Below, piece by piece: positions 36,998 through 46,990 of a DNA stretch of 64,000 nt; position 1 is the first letter of the stretch; every line of letters starts with the position of its first letter. This stretch comes from Christensenellaceae bacterium. GTDB lineage: Bacteria; Bacillota; Clostridia; Christensenellales; CAG-138. The DNA is taken from contig OY762962.1 of assembly GCA_963667195.1 (NCBI GenBank), positions 2,138,591 through 2,202,590 of the forward strand, read 5' to 3'. The position numbers and the translations under genes are program-made. The notes beneath the pieces are model-generated. The model did no database searches. It was given only the letters and a program-made list of their open reading frames with translations, and was not told where the DNA came from.

Positions 36998-38263
36998 ATG
37001 CTCCCAATTGGACAAAAACTCAATAGCTGCGAACTGGACGATGCCCTGCGGTATCTTTACGGCGACGCGCTGAACACGCAGAAGCAGAAATATGCGGCGC
37101 TGATCAACGCATTTGAGAGCGCGTTTGGCGACAGCGACGACGCGGTCTTGTTCTCCGCACCGGGACGCAGCGAGATCGGCGGCAATCACACCGACCACCA
37201 GCTCGGGCGCGTGCTCGCCGCGACGGTCACGATGGACACCCGAGCCGTCGTCGCTCCCAGAATCGACAACATCGTGCGCATTCACTCGCAGGGGTACACG
37301 CCGCTGTGCGTGTCGCTCGACCACCTGTCTCCCGATTCTACGGAGGAGAACGCAAGCGAGGCGCTCGTGCGCGGCATTGCGGAGCGTTTCACGCAGACGG
37401 GGCGCAACATAGGCGGCTTCGACGCGGTCACCGCTTCGGATGTGCCGAAGGGCTCCGGGCTTTCCTCCAGCGCGGCGTTCAGCATCCTCGTGAGCACCAT
37501 CTTCTCCGAGCTCTACAACGACGGCAAGATCACGCCCGTGGAGCAGGCTCTCGCGAGCAAATACGCGGAAAACAAGCACTTCGGCAAGCCCAGCGGACTC
37601 ATGGATCAGCTGGCGTGCGCCGTCGGCGGCTTTGTGATGATGGATTTTGAGCAGCCGGAGCAGCCGAAGATCGAAAAGATCGACTGTGATCTTGCGGCGC
37701 TTGGCTACGAAATCTGCATCGTCAACTGCGGCGGCAACCACGCGGACCTCACGCCCGAATACGCGGCGGTGACGAAGGAGATGGGGGATGTTGCCCGCTA
37801 TTTCGGCAAGAGTGTTCTGCGCGAGGTGGACGAAAAAGAATTCTATGCCTCGCTGGGACAGCTGCGAAAGACGGTTTCCGACCGCGCGCTGCTGCGCGCC
37901 ATGCATTTCTTTGGCGACAACGCCCGTGTGCCCAAGCAGGCGGAGGCGCTCCGGCAAAAAAACATGGAGACCTTCCGCAACCTCATGAACGAGAGCGGCA
38001 GATCGAGCTTCATGCTGCTGCAAAACGTTTGCCCGACGGACGCTTCCGAGCGCGGGCTTGCGCTCGCGCTGGCGCTCTCGGAGCGCATGCTCGCGGGAAA
38101 AGGCGCCTGGCGCGTCCACGGCGGCGGCTTTGCAGGTACGATTCTCGCGCTGGTGCCGCTGGAGCTGCTGCCCGCGTACCAATCGCAGATGGAGCGTGTG
38201 TTCGGGCAGGGCTGCTGCTATCGCTTCGCCGTGCGTCCTGTCGGCGGAATTAAGATCGGATAA
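36998..38263 (+). CDS. galK: Galactokinase (GHMP kinase)
   Basis: It has the galactokinase signature GRSEIGGNHTDHQLGRVLA and the GHMP motif PKGSGLSSSAAF. A GAGGAGGAG RBS lies upstream. Confidence 0.9.
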   Translation: MLPIGQKLNSCELDDALRYLYGDALNTQKQKYAALINAFESAFGDSDDAVLFSAPGRSEIGGNHTDHQLGRVLAATVTMDTRAVVAPRIDNIVRIHSQGYTPLCVSLDHLSPDSTEENASEALVRGIAERFTQTGRNIGGFDAVTASDVPKGSGLSSSAAFSILVSTIFSELYNDGKITPVEQALASKYAENKHFGKPSGLMDQLACAVGGFVMMDFEQPEQPKIEKIDCDLAALGYEICIVNCGGNHADLTPEYAAVTKEMGDVARYFGKSVLREVDEKEFYASLGQLRKTVSDRALLRAMHFFGDNARVPKQAEALRQKNMETFRNLMNESGRSSFMLLQNVCPTDASERGLALALALSERMLAGKGAWRVHGGGFAGTILALVPLELLPAYQSQMERVFGQGCCYRFAVRPVGGIKIG

Positions 38264-38284
38264 TCGCACAAACACAAATCAACA

Positions 38285-38324
38285 AACGCCGCTTTCGAAC
38301 CGAAATCCGAGAGCGGCGTTTTTA
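38285..38324. terminator. Bidirectional terminator between convergent genes
   Basis: AACGCCGCT...AGCGGCGTTTTT forms a hairpin with A and T flanks. Confidence 0.55.
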
Positions 38325-38345
38325 TTTGCGCGGGATTTGAGAGAT

Positions 38346-39275
38346 TTATCGCTTGATGATCGTGATGACGATGAACTCCAGCACCGTGACCATCGTTTGC
38401 AGCGAGAGCGACATGGAGACATCCGCGCGCTCCTGCTCGTTTCGCGTGTACATGGTCATGATGTACGGCGCGGGCGTGATGAAGAGGATGATGATCGCCC
38501 AGCGCATCGCATCCGAAAGCGGAATGAACGCGCCGATGATCAGGAGAGCCGCCGCGCAGAGCGCGGCGCAGACCAGCGTGCGGATGGCGACCGAGATGGC
38601 GGCTGTCGCGAAGTTTTTGCCGGAGAACTCGATGCCGTAACCGACGACGATCAAGATCACGCAGGACAGCGGCGCGGAGACGAAGTTGCAGAGCGTCTTG
38701 ATCAGGTCGGTAACGCCGGAGGGCGTGAGCGCGCGCGAAACGCCGAGGATCGCAAGCGTGGCTCCGATCACCATCGCCCACGGAATCGGGTTTCTCACGA
38801 GCGCCTTGACCGACTCCTTGGAGGAGCAGCCGAGGTGCGCGCTGAGCGCCGCGGTGAAACCGGAGAAGACGAACAGCACGTGACCAAAGTCCATCAGCGC
38901 GAGATAGCGGAGGTTTTCCGCGCCGTAAAGCAGCGCGTAGAGCGCGTAGCCCAGCATGCCGACCTCCCAGCCCGCGGTCATGAACTTGAGCATGGGGCTG
39001 CGCTTTTCGAGCGGTTTTCCGATGAGGAAACCGAGTCCGAGGCCGAGGAAGCCGAGCGCGAACATCGTGACCGCAAACAACAGGACGCTGGGCGCATATT
39101 CCGCGGTGAAGAACAGGCCAAAGAGCATCGCGGGCAGCGCAAACTTCATCACGAAGGTCTTCATGCCGTCGATGGCTTCCGGCGAGAGGATATCGCGTTT
39201 CCGCGCGAAGAACCCGATGCCGAGGGAAACGATCAACGGGAGCACGATCTTGAGGATAGATACGGTGTTTTGCAT
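38346..39275 (-). CDS. AEC (auxin efflux carrier) family transporter
   Basis: It is a polytopic membrane protein of 309 aa. The N-terminus ILKIVLPLIVSLGIGFFARKRDILS is typical of the family. Confidence 0.8.
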   Translation of the reverse strand: MQNTVSILKIVLPLIVSLGIGFFARKRDILSPEAIDGMKTFVMKFALPAMLFGLFFTAEYAPSVLLFAVTMFALGFLGLGLGFLIGKPLEKRSPMLKFMTAGWEVGMLGYALYALLYGAENLRYLALMDFGHVLFVFSGFTAALSAHLGCSSKESVKALVRNPIPWAMVIGATLAILGVSRALTPSGVTDLIKTLCNFVSAPLSCVILIVVGYGIEFSGKNFATAAISVAIRTLVCAALCAAALLIIGAFIPLSDAMRWAIIILFITPAPYIMTMYTRNEQERADVSMSLSLQTMVTVLEFIVITIIKR

Positions 39276-39356
39276 GGCGATCTCCTTTTGGTATGGACGT
39301 GCGTGATCGGCAAGACAACGCCCGCGGTCAAGCGGGCGATGATATGGATGGTTTGA

Positions 39357-40223
39357 TTATTTCGCGATTCCCGCCACGCGCGAGATATGCTCCGGCGTGG
39401 TGCCGCAGCAGCCGCCGAGACCCCAGACACCGCCTTGCGCGAGCTTTTGCATCTCGATAGCAAAGGCTTCCGGGCCGACGAGATAGACCGTTTGCCCGTC
39501 CTGATACTCCGGCAGGCCCGCGTTGGGCTGCATGACGAGCGGCTTGGTCGCGCACGCGGCAAAGCGCGGCAGAAGAGCGACCAGCTGCTCCGGGCCAACG
39601 CCGCAGTTGCAGCCGAGGGCGTCCACGCCCGCCTCCTCCAGCGCGGCAACGACCGTTTCGATCGTTTCTCCGGTCATGAGCCTGCCCGCGGGACTATAGG
39701 TTAGCGTGCAGAGCACGGGAAGCCCCGCGCCGAATTCCTTCGCGGCCTTGACGCAGAGGAGCGCCTCGTCCAGCGCGCTCATGGTTTCAATCAGGATGCA
39801 ATCCGCGCCCGCGGCAACGCCCGCCTCGATCTCCTCGCGGAAATACGCAGTCGCTTCCTCCTCCGTGAGGTCGCCCAACGGTTCCAGGAACTCGCCCAGT
39901 GGGCCGACATCAAGCACGGCGTACGCCTGCTTACCGGAGGCCGCGATGGCCTCTTTTACGATGCGGACACCGGCGGACGCAAGCTCTGCGGGTTTGTATG
40001 CCCCGCGCTTTTGCCTTGGAGTCGTGCTGCCAAACGTGTTGGAGGTGATGACGTTTGCGCCAGCGGCCAGATACGCCGCGTGAACCGCGCGAACGGCGTC
40101 CGGGTTCGTGATATTCCAAACATCCGGAGACGCGCCGGCCGGCAGGCCTGCGGCCTGCAGCATGGTGCCCATGCCTCCGTCAAACACGAGATGTTTTTGA
40201 GAAAACGATTCAAAAAACGACAT
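39357..40223 (-). CDS. Homocysteine S-methyltransferase family protein
   Basis: Hcy-binding domain blocks are LVFDGGMGTML, VITSNTF, GCNCGVGP and GGCCGTTPEHI (zinc-binding Cys residues). Confidence 0.85.
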   Translation of the reverse strand: MSFFESFSQKHLVFDGGMGTMLQAAGLPAGASPDVWNITNPDAVRAVHAAYLAAGANVITSNTFGSTTPRQKRGAYKPAELASAGVRIVKEAIAASGKQAYAVLDVGPLGEFLEPLGDLTEEEATAYFREEIEAGVAAGADCILIETMSALDEALLCVKAAKEFGAGLPVLCTLTYSPAGRLMTGETIETVVAALEEAGVDALGCNCGVGPEQLVALLPRFAACATKPLVMQPNAGLPEYQDGQTVYLVGPEAFAIEMQKLAQGGVWGLGGCCGTTPEHISRVAGIAK

Positions 40224-40352
40224 ATGTTTTAAACTCCTTGTTTGGTCGATTCTATCACGGATCAGCGCGTTTTTGCAACGCGCAGAGCGATGTTGCGGGC
40301 AAAAAAAGCGGCGGGGCAACGTGTGCTCCGCCGCAGAAATGACGCGGTACGC

Positions 40353-41189
40353 TTAATCCAGCGAGGTATTGACGATCTTCGGCGGGCCTTCGAGAAGCTC
40401 CGGATTGGTCAAATACTGCTTAAAGCGGCGGAACACGGCGGCAAAATAGCTGCCGGAGCAGATGCGCTCGTCCATGACAACGCCCATGGGCAGCGAGCGC
40501 TCGAAGACGATCTCTTCGCCTTTGCGTACGGGGACTTCGCGCATGTTGCCGAGCGTGATGAGTATGCTCGTGGTGCCAAACTCATACACGTGATGATAGA
40601 TGTGGTTCGTGCGGATGCTCGCGAGGTTACTGATGGTGAGGCTCGTGTGAAACGGGCTCGCCTGAATGAGGCTCTTGGGCAAGAGGCCGTAGCGATCCAG
40701 CAACTTGAACAGGCCGACGCCGAAGTTGACGAGACCGGGGATTTTTAGCAGCGTGCGCACGATGTCGTCGGTGGCGTTTGTGTCGCCTTCCGCGCGGTTA
40801 TCGTTGATATAGCGCTCCATGGTCTCGTGCACGGCGAAGATGTCGTCCTCCATCTTGAAGTACATCTTGCTCATCGTGCCGTCCAGATCGCCGGGCTTGA
40901 GCACGACCATCGCGATGGAAAACTCGTTGCGCTGATAGATGCGCTTGTTGGCGATAAAGCGGTTGAGCAGCGGATACTCGGCTGCGGTGCGCACATACGC
41001 CGCGAGAACGAGGCCAAGGTGCGAGAAACGATAGCCCTGCTTGCGCTTTTCGTTGAGATACGCCTGCATCGGAGAAATCGGGATATCGACCTCGATCATG
41101 TTCATGGCGTCATAGCGGTACTTGAGAATGTACGGCATGACCGTATAGATGGGATTCGCGTCTTTTACGCGTTTGCCGTCCTTGCGCAT
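40353..41189 (-). CDS. 2-oxoacid dehydrogenase acyltransferase catalytic-domain (CAT-like) protein
   Basis: It is a stand-alone ~278 aa protein. It has the HHVYEFG-type block (H.. in IYHHVYEFGTT) and DERICSGSY, as found in E2-catalytic/CAT-like folds. Confidence 0.6.
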   Translation of the reverse strand: MRKDGKRVKDANPIYTVMPYILKYRYDAMNMIEVDIPISPMQAYLNEKRKQGYRFSHLGLVLAAYVRTAAEYPLLNRFIANKRIYQRNEFSIAMVVLKPGDLDGTMSKMYFKMEDDIFAVHETMERYINDNRAEGDTNATDDIVRTLLKIPGLVNFGVGLFKLLDRYGLLPKSLIQASPFHTSLTISNLASIRTNHIYHHVYEFGTTSILITLGNMREVPVRKGEEIVFERSLPMGVVMDERICSGSYFAAVFRRFKQYLTNPELLEGPPKIVNTSLD

Positions 41190-41439
41190 GTCAGTTCCTG
41201 CCTGTTTCTTCCAATTTATTAACAAGAATATCATAGGTGTCTAATTACCGCAAGTGGAAACGCGGGCTTGGCGCGGCCGCTCGCGCGGGAACATGCGTGC
41301 CTTTGCGGAAAAAATCGCGCTTGGTTTGCATGCAAAGTGTATCTATATCGTGAACTCGGGGCGAATTTTACGGATGAAGCAAATCAAACGTGTGCGATTA
41401 TGTTATACTGTTTATGATCAAACTAGGAGGATAAAACAC

Positions 41440-41862
41440 ATGAATAAGATGATAAAGACAGCTCTGAGTGTTGTTATGGTTCTTGCGCTGAGCATTGGCA
41501 TGATTGCGTGCGCCGGCGGTAAACTGCCGGATGGCTTTGACAAGGACGAAGTCGGTTCCGCGGCGGAAGAGATCGTAGGACTCGCGACCACGGGCGACTA
41601 TGATTCCATTATCAACGCGCTTCGCGAAGACCTTAAGAGCAGCATCACCGCAGACCAGCTTAAGGAAGGCTGGGCGCCGATCTTTGAGAAGGCGGGCGCA
41701 TTTGACAGCATCACCAAGACCGTGTTCTCCAGCACAAAGGACAAAACCACCGGTGAAGATTACGTTGTGGTGCAGCTGATGGCCAAGCACGAGAACGCAA
41801 ACCTCATCTACACACTGTCGTTTGACAAAGACCTCGCGCTGGTCGGCCTCTACCTGAAATAG
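41440..41862 (+). CDS. DUF3887-like lipoprotein
   Basis: It has a signal peptide with lipobox SIGMIAC, and its size and sequence resemble DUF3887. The long upstream extension in the ORF track was trimmed. Confidence 0.6.
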   Translation: MNKMIKTALSVVMVLALSIGMIACAGGKLPDGFDKDEVGSAAEEIVGLATTGDYDSIINALREDLKSSITADQLKEGWAPIFEKAGAFDSITKTVFSSTKDKTTGEDYVVVQLMAKHENANLIYTLSFDKDLALVGLYLK

Positions 41863-41865
41863 CGC

Positions 41866-42435
41866 ATGCGCGAGCCTGCCGATCCTGCCCGAGAGGCGCT
41901 GAAACAGTATTTCTCGCAAAACGGGCTGTTGCTCTGCAATGAGAACACGGAACTGCCGTATCTCGACCTCGTCGGCGGCAACTGGAACGCGATCGTTTCG
42001 CTTATGGAGAGCGGAGACGTGTTTTACAGCCGCTTCTACAAAAACCGCGTGACGTATCTTTCCCGCGAGCTTTATCTTGCGCTGAAGCCCTTCCGTCGTA
42101 GAGCGGAGCGGTTGACGCCGCAAAGCGAGCGCCTGCTTGCGTTCTTAAAAGCTGCGGGCGAGGCGAACGCGGAACAGATGCAGAACGCGTGTATGATCGA
42201 AAAGCGGGCGCAGACCGAAGCGCTGAACCTGCTCGTTTCCGAGCTGTTTGTGACCGTACTGCAGCGGGACGTGACGATTCACGAAAGCTGGTGCACGTTT
42301 TGCTATGGCACGGCTCAGCGCTGGGAAGAAAAGCAGACCACACAAATAACCACACAGGATGAACGCGAGGCGGAGCAGATTTTGCTCCGCCAGCTTTCGC
42401 AAAAACAGGTCAATTCGCTTCTGAAATCACGCTAA
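41866..42435 (+). CDS. Hypothetical protein (possibly AlkZ/winged-helix related)
   Basis: The 189 aa ORF has good coding character. I recognised no diagnostic motif. Confidence 0.4.
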   Translation: MREPADPAREALKQYFSQNGLLLCNENTELPYLDLVGGNWNAIVSLMESGDVFYSRFYKNRVTYLSRELYLALKPFRRRAERLTPQSERLLAFLKAAGEANAEQMQNACMIEKRAQTEALNLLVSELFVTVLQRDVTIHESWCTFCYGTAQRWEEKQTTQITTQDEREAEQILLRQLSQKQVNSLLKSR

Positions 42436-42492
42436 ATCCGTTCAATCCCATCTTGATCTTTGATCCAACAACGACAAGGAGAACACCCAACC

Positions 42493-43773
42493 ATGCTGAC
42501 ACAAGAAACCCGTGACGCCTACTGTGCGCTGCTGCACCGGGAGCTGATTCCGGCGACGGGCTGCACGGAACCCATCGCGATTGCATACGCCGCGGCGGTG
42601 ATGCGGGAGACTCTCGGCGAGATGCCGGATCGCCTGCGCGTTGCGGTGAGCGGCAACATTATCAAGAACGCCAAGAGCGTTGTGGTGCCGGGTACGGGCG
42701 GGAAAAAGGGGATTGCCGCGGCGGCTGCCGCGGGCGTGGTCGCGGGAAAAAGCGCGAAACGCCTTGAAGTGGTCGATGAGATCACGGACGAAGCGCGCGA
42801 GCAGATCAGCACGTTTCTGGCGAACACACCGATTACGGTGGAATGCGTCGAGGACGGTCTGACGCTGGACATTCGCATCACGGGTGAATGCGGCGAGCAT
42901 ACCGCGTTTGTCCGCATCGCGGGCGTGCACACCAACGTGGTGCGCGTGGAGAAAAACGGCATGGTGCTTCTGGATGTGCCGACAGCGCAAGCTGGACAGG
43001 AGAGCGAATCGTCAGCCGCGCTCAACACGGCGGATATCGTCGCCTTTGCGGACACAGTGGATCTCAATCTCGTCCGCGCGCCGCTGGAGCGGCAGCTTGC
43101 GAATAACCTTGCAATCGCGGAATATGGGCTCAGCCAAGGCTGCGGCGCGAACATCGGACGCGTGCTGCTTTCCGACGCGGAAGGCGATCTTGTCGCGCGG
43201 GCGCGTGCCTTTGCGGCGGCAGGATCGGACGCGCGCATGAGCGGCGCGGAGCTTCCGGTCGTGATCGTCTCCGGCAGCGGCAACCAGGGCATCACCGCGA
43301 GCGTACCCGTCGCCGTTTGGGCGAAGGCACGCGGTTTTTCCGAGGAGGCGCTGCTCCGCGCGCTGATCGTTTCCGATCTGGTGACGATTCATCAGAAGAC
43401 CGGCATCGGCAGGCTCTCCGCCTTCTGCGGCGCGGTTTGCGCGGGCTGCGGCGCGGGCGCGGGAATTGCATATCTCGAAGGCATGGGTTACGACGGTGTG
43501 GCGCATACGGTGGTCAACGCGCTCGCCATCATCAGCGGCATGGTTTGCGACGGCGCGAAGGCGAGTTGCGCCGCGAAGATTGCCGTCGCGGTGGACGCGG
43601 GCATCCTCGGCTACCGGATGTATACGCAGAAGCAGGAGTTTCTCAGCGGAGACGGCATCGTGGTCAAGGGTGTGGACAACACGATTCGCAACATCGGCCG
43701 CCTCGCCAAGGACGGCATGCGCGAAACCGAGACCGAGATTCTCTCGATGATGCTGGAGACGGAATCGAAATAA
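42493..43773 (+). CDS. UPF0597 / L-cysteine desulfidase family protein (YhaM/CdsB-like)
   Basis: The N-terminal LIPATGCTEPIAIAYAAA motif and ~426 aa size are typical of the serine-dehydratase-alpha-like UPF0597 family. Confidence 0.75.
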   Translation: MLTQETRDAYCALLHRELIPATGCTEPIAIAYAAAVMRETLGEMPDRLRVAVSGNIIKNAKSVVVPGTGGKKGIAAAAAAGVVAGKSAKRLEVVDEITDEAREQISTFLANTPITVECVEDGLTLDIRITGECGEHTAFVRIAGVHTNVVRVEKNGMVLLDVPTAQAGQESESSAALNTADIVAFADTVDLNLVRAPLERQLANNLAIAEYGLSQGCGANIGRVLLSDAEGDLVARARAFAAAGSDARMSGAELPVVIVSGSGNQGITASVPVAVWAKARGFSEEALLRALIVSDLVTIHQKTGIGRLSAFCGAVCAGCGAGAGIAYLEGMGYDGVAHTVVNALAIISGMVCDGAKASCAAKIAVAVDAGILGYRMYTQKQEFLSGDGIVVKGVDNTIRNIGRLAKDGMRETETEILSMMLETESK

Positions 43774-43787
43774 CATGGCATAAAAAT

Positions 43788-43813
43788 AAACGCCCGCAAG
43801 GGCGTTATTTTTT
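43788..43813. terminator. Rho-independent terminator (between convergent genes)
   Basis: The sequence is AAACGCCC-GCAA-GGGCGTTATTTTTT. Confidence 0.65.
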
Positions 43814-43825
43814 GTGCGCGGATTC

Positions 43826-44500
43826 TTACGGCCAGTAGACCTGCTCAACGAGGGTGACGTTGCCGTCCGTGTCCACGTGGATGTAGTAGAAGTAGGACTC
43901 CAGCAGGAGAGAGGTGTTGAGCGCGTAGATCGCGCGGAACTCCTTTGCCGTCACGGAGACGGGCTCCGCTCCATCGACCGGATCGCCGTTTGGCTTGACC
44001 ATGAGTTTGAGCGGTACATCGTCGATATCGATGGCGCGCAGTTGGGGATTGATGTTCTTCTTCACGAACTCGGAGTCGGCAAAATCATCCACCATCTTTT
44101 GTGCGGCGGTCTGCGTATAGCCTTCGTGATCGACGAGGAATTTCACCGCGTCGGCTCCGCGCAGCATGTCAAAGTAGTCAAACTTCGCGATGCCGGTCTC
44201 GGGATCAAACGAGATCAGATCGGCATAGCTGGAATACATGGCGGGTCCCTTCGGCGTCGGCGACGGCGCGGCGGTTGGCGCCGCTGTGGCGGCCACTGTC
44301 GCGGCCGGCGTGGCAGTTTCGGCTACCGGCGTTGCGGTAGGTGTTGCAGTTGGCGCGGCGGTCGGTGCCGGGGTATCCGTTACGGTTGGCGACGGGGTGG
44401 AGGTTGGCGTTGGCGTGGCGGGCGCGGCGCAGGAGCAGAGCAGGAGCGCCGACGCGAGCAGAGCAATCGAGACTGCGATTTTTGAATGGACCCGAATCAT
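43826..44500 (-). CDS. Lipoprotein with a Thr/Pro/Ala-rich linker
   Basis: It has a signal peptide with lipobox LLLCSC, then a ~60 aa (T/A/P) linker and a globular C-terminal domain of unknown function. Confidence 0.65.
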   Translation of the reverse strand: MIRVHSKIAVSIALLASALLLCSCAAPATPTPTSTPSPTVTDTPAPTAAPTATPTATPVAETATPAATVAATAAPTAAPSPTPKGPAMYSSYADLISFDPETGIAKFDYFDMLRGADAVKFLVDHEGYTQTAAQKMVDDFADSEFVKKNINPQLRAIDIDDVPLKLMVKPNGDPVDGAEPVSVTAKEFRAIYALNTSLLLESYFYYIHVDTDGNVTLVEQVYWP

Positions 44501-44583
44501 ATCAATACCCTGCCTTTCTGATGACAAATTGGGATTGCGTTTTTTTTAAACAAGAAAGGAGCCGCAGCTCCTTTCTTTGCTTT

Positions 44584-45705
44584 TTACTTTACCGTGACAA
44601 GCTCGTATTTCCTGGTGCCGAGGCCAAGCTCTTCCGCGTGGATGAGCGTGGATGTCCAGTCGGTCGAAGGCGCGGAATCCGTGAAGTGGTCGTGGTGGCT
44701 TGCGCACTTCTCCAGATTGTCGCTGAGCTGACTGCCGGACATGACCGGCATGCGGTTGCAGGCGTCCGCGCAGGCTTGATCGAGTGCGACAGGATCAAAC
44801 GAGGCGAACATGCCCACGTCGGGAATGATCGGAACATCGTTCTCGCTGTGGCAGTCGCAGTTCGGGGAAACCTGCATAACGATATTGATGTGGAAATTCG
44901 GGCGGTTTTGGAGTACCGCAAGCGAATACTCCGCGATCTTTTCGCTTAGCGCAAGCTCGCTGCTGCCGCCGTTGTTTTCGATTGCGTCGAAGTTACAGGC
45001 GGCGATGCAGCGCCCGCAGCCGACGCAGCGCTCGTGATCAATACTCGCGATCTTCTTTTCGTCGTAGCTGATCGCACCGTGCGCGCACTGCTTGCTGCAC
45101 TGGCGGCAGGCACGGCACATCTCGCGGTCTACCGTGGGCTTTCCGTCGCAATGCTGCTCCATTTTGCCCGCGCGGGAACCGCTGCCCATGCCGATATTCT
45201 TCAGCGCGCCGCCAAAGCCGGTCGCCTCATGCCCTTTGAAGTGGTTGAGAGAAACAAAGATATCCGCGTCCATGATCGCCTGACCGATCTTCGCCTCTTT
45301 GACGTGCTTGGTGCCCGTGAGCGGGACGATCTTCTCGTCGAGGCCCTTGAGCCCGTCCGCAATGATGATCTGGCAGCCGGTGGACGCGACGGAAAAGCCG
45401 TTTTCCGCGGCGGCGTCGAGGTGTTCCAGCGCGTTCTTTCTCCGGCCGGGATAGAGGGTGTTGCAGTCGGTCAAGAACGGTTTGCCGCCCTTAGCGCGGA
45501 TCACGTCCGCAACCGCGCGCGCAAAGTTCGGGCGCAGGAAGGAGAGGTTGCCCGGCTCGCCAAAGTGAATCTTGATGGCTACAAAGCGATCCGCAAAATC
45601 GATATTCTCAATGCCTGCGCGCTTGATGAGCCGCTTGAGCTTAACGGGCAGCGGGTTATCGTAATCCGTTCTAAGGTTTGTAAAATAAACTTTTGATGGC
45701 TCCAT
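44584..45705 (-). CDS. DUF362 domain protein with a 2x[4Fe-4S] ferredoxin insert
   Basis: The DUF362-like N-terminus is VAIKIHFGEPGN...FLTDCNTLY. Two ferredoxin motifs are CRACRQCSKQC and CVGCGRCIAAC. Confidence 0.8.
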   Translation of the reverse strand: MEPSKVYFTNLRTDYDNPLPVKLKRLIKRAGIENIDFADRFVAIKIHFGEPGNLSFLRPNFARAVADVIRAKGGKPFLTDCNTLYPGRRKNALEHLDAAAENGFSVASTGCQIIIADGLKGLDEKIVPLTGTKHVKEAKIGQAIMDADIFVSLNHFKGHEATGFGGALKNIGMGSGSRAGKMEQHCDGKPTVDREMCRACRQCSKQCAHGAISYDEKKIASIDHERCVGCGRCIAACNFDAIENNGGSSELALSEKIAEYSLAVLQNRPNFHINIVMQVSPNCDCHSENDVPIIPDVGMFASFDPVALDQACADACNRMPVMSGSQLSDNLEKCASHHDHFTDSAPSTDWTSTLIHAEELGLGTRKYELVTVK

Positions 45706-45944
45706 TGCTATCGGGTTCTCCTCTTATTGTTTTTGGTTGGGAACAGTATCATCTTAGCACAAATGTTCGGGTTACACAACGAAGGGCGAATTTGTGTTTG
45801 TTTTGCTGCCATTTGATCGACGGCGATTGCGCTGTGAACTTGCTTTTTCCCGCGCAAAACGCTATCATGTTTCGTTGAGTAGAGATGAAAGACGCGTTGT
45901 AGATTGGGCGGAATCCCGCTTGTCTGCAAGGAAAACGCGCAAAA

Positions 45945-46916
45945 ATGGAAACGGTGCAAAAAACAATGTCACACAGCGAACACAAGGGACACGGAATCGG
46001 AGCCGCAATGCTTCTCTCCGCCTCGTTGATTTGGGGCGTCGCATTTGTCGCCCAGAGCGCGGGGATGCAGTATGTTGGGCCGTATACCTTCACGGCGGTG
46101 CGCAGCGCGCTTGCCGCCATCGGTCTTGCAATTCTGGTTCTGTTCCTCGACAAAACCAGCCTTAAATCGAAGAACACCGACAAGAAGACGCTCTGGCGCG
46201 CGGGAATCATCCTCGGCGTCGTGATGACCATCGCGAGCAACCTGCAGCAGATCGGGCTCGTGACCACCTCCGCCGGAAAAGCGGGTTTCATCACGTCCCT
46301 GTATATCGTTCTGGTACCGGTGTTCGGGCTCTTTATTCGCAAAAAACCGCATCCGATGCTCTGGATCAGCGTGCTTATTGCGCTCGTGGGATTGTATTTC
46401 CTCTCGATCCGCGGCGATTTTTCGATGAGCACGGGCGATTTGCTTGTGCTCGCGTCCGCCGTTGCGTTTACGTTTCAAATTTTGCTGGTCGATCATTTTT
46501 CGCCGAAGGTGGATATCATTCGCCTCAACCTCATCCAGTTCAGCGTGATGGCGATCCTTTCATTCGTGCCGATGATGCTGTTCGAGCAGCCGAAGGTCTC
46601 CGCGATCTCGGACGCGTGGCTCACCATCGTCTACGCGGGGCTTTTCTCCGGCTGCGGCGCGTATACGCTGCAGATGCTGGGTCAGCGCCGCGTGGAGCCG
46701 ACCACGGCCTCGCTGCTGCTGAGCCCGGAAAACGTATTTTCCGCGCTAGCAGGCTGGGTGATACTCGGGCAACGGCTTACCGCGCGGGAGCTTGCGGGCT
46801 GCGCGCTGGTGTTTATCGCGATCATCTCGTCCCAGCTGCCGTGGAGAACGTGGTTCGGCAAGAAGGCAGTTTCGGCAGAAGCGGTTCCCGCTCCGATCAT
46901 ACATCCCGAAGACTGA
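45945..46916 (+). CDS. DMT-superfamily (EamA-like) transporter
   Basis: It has ten hydrophobic segments arranged as two EamA-like halves. Confidence 0.8.
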   Translation: METVQKTMSHSEHKGHGIGAAMLLSASLIWGVAFVAQSAGMQYVGPYTFTAVRSALAAIGLAILVLFLDKTSLKSKNTDKKTLWRAGIILGVVMTIASNLQQIGLVTTSAGKAGFITSLYIVLVPVFGLFIRKKPHPMLWISVLIALVGLYFLSIRGDFSMSTGDLLVLASAVAFTFQILLVDHFSPKVDIIRLNLIQFSVMAILSFVPMMLFEQPKVSAISDAWLTIVYAGLFSGCGAYTLQMLGQRRVEPTTASLLLSPENVFSALAGWVILGQRLTARELAGCALVFIAIISSQLPWRTWFGKKAVSAEAVPAPIIHPED

Positions 46917-46939
46917 GCACAACGAGAAAAACAACAACA

Positions 46940-46966
46940 AAGCAAGGTTTCGCGCCTTGCTTTTTT
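46940..46966 (+). terminator. Rho-independent terminator
   Basis: The sequence is AAGCAAGG-TTTCGCG-CCTTGCTTTTTT. Confidence 0.65.
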
Positions 46967-46990
46967 CGTGATTTCTCGTATCATAGAACC

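Noticed and set aside
36947-38275. A 442 aa ORF on the minus strand
   Set aside because: It is antisense to galK, which carries the galactokinase and GHMP signatures.
38058-39356. A 432 aa ORF on the plus strand
   Set aside because: It lies entirely antisense to the well-supported AEC transporter gene. The translation is Arg/Asp/Glu/Gly low-complexity sequence with no RBS or motif. It is a typical shadow ORF of GC-rich coding DNA.
44245-44430. GC-rich repetitive DNA (GGCG/GGTG periodicity) that could look like a tandem repeat or CRISPR-like array
   Set aside because: It is in frame within the lipoprotein gene and encodes a Thr/Pro/Ala linker. It has no regular repeat-spacer structure.
46616-46990. 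An upstream extension of the 424 aa ORF that overlaps the DMT transporter gene
   Set aside because: The extension is out of frame with, and overlaps, the well-supported EamA gene, and it crosses a terminator hairpin. The CDS was trimmed to ATG 46991.
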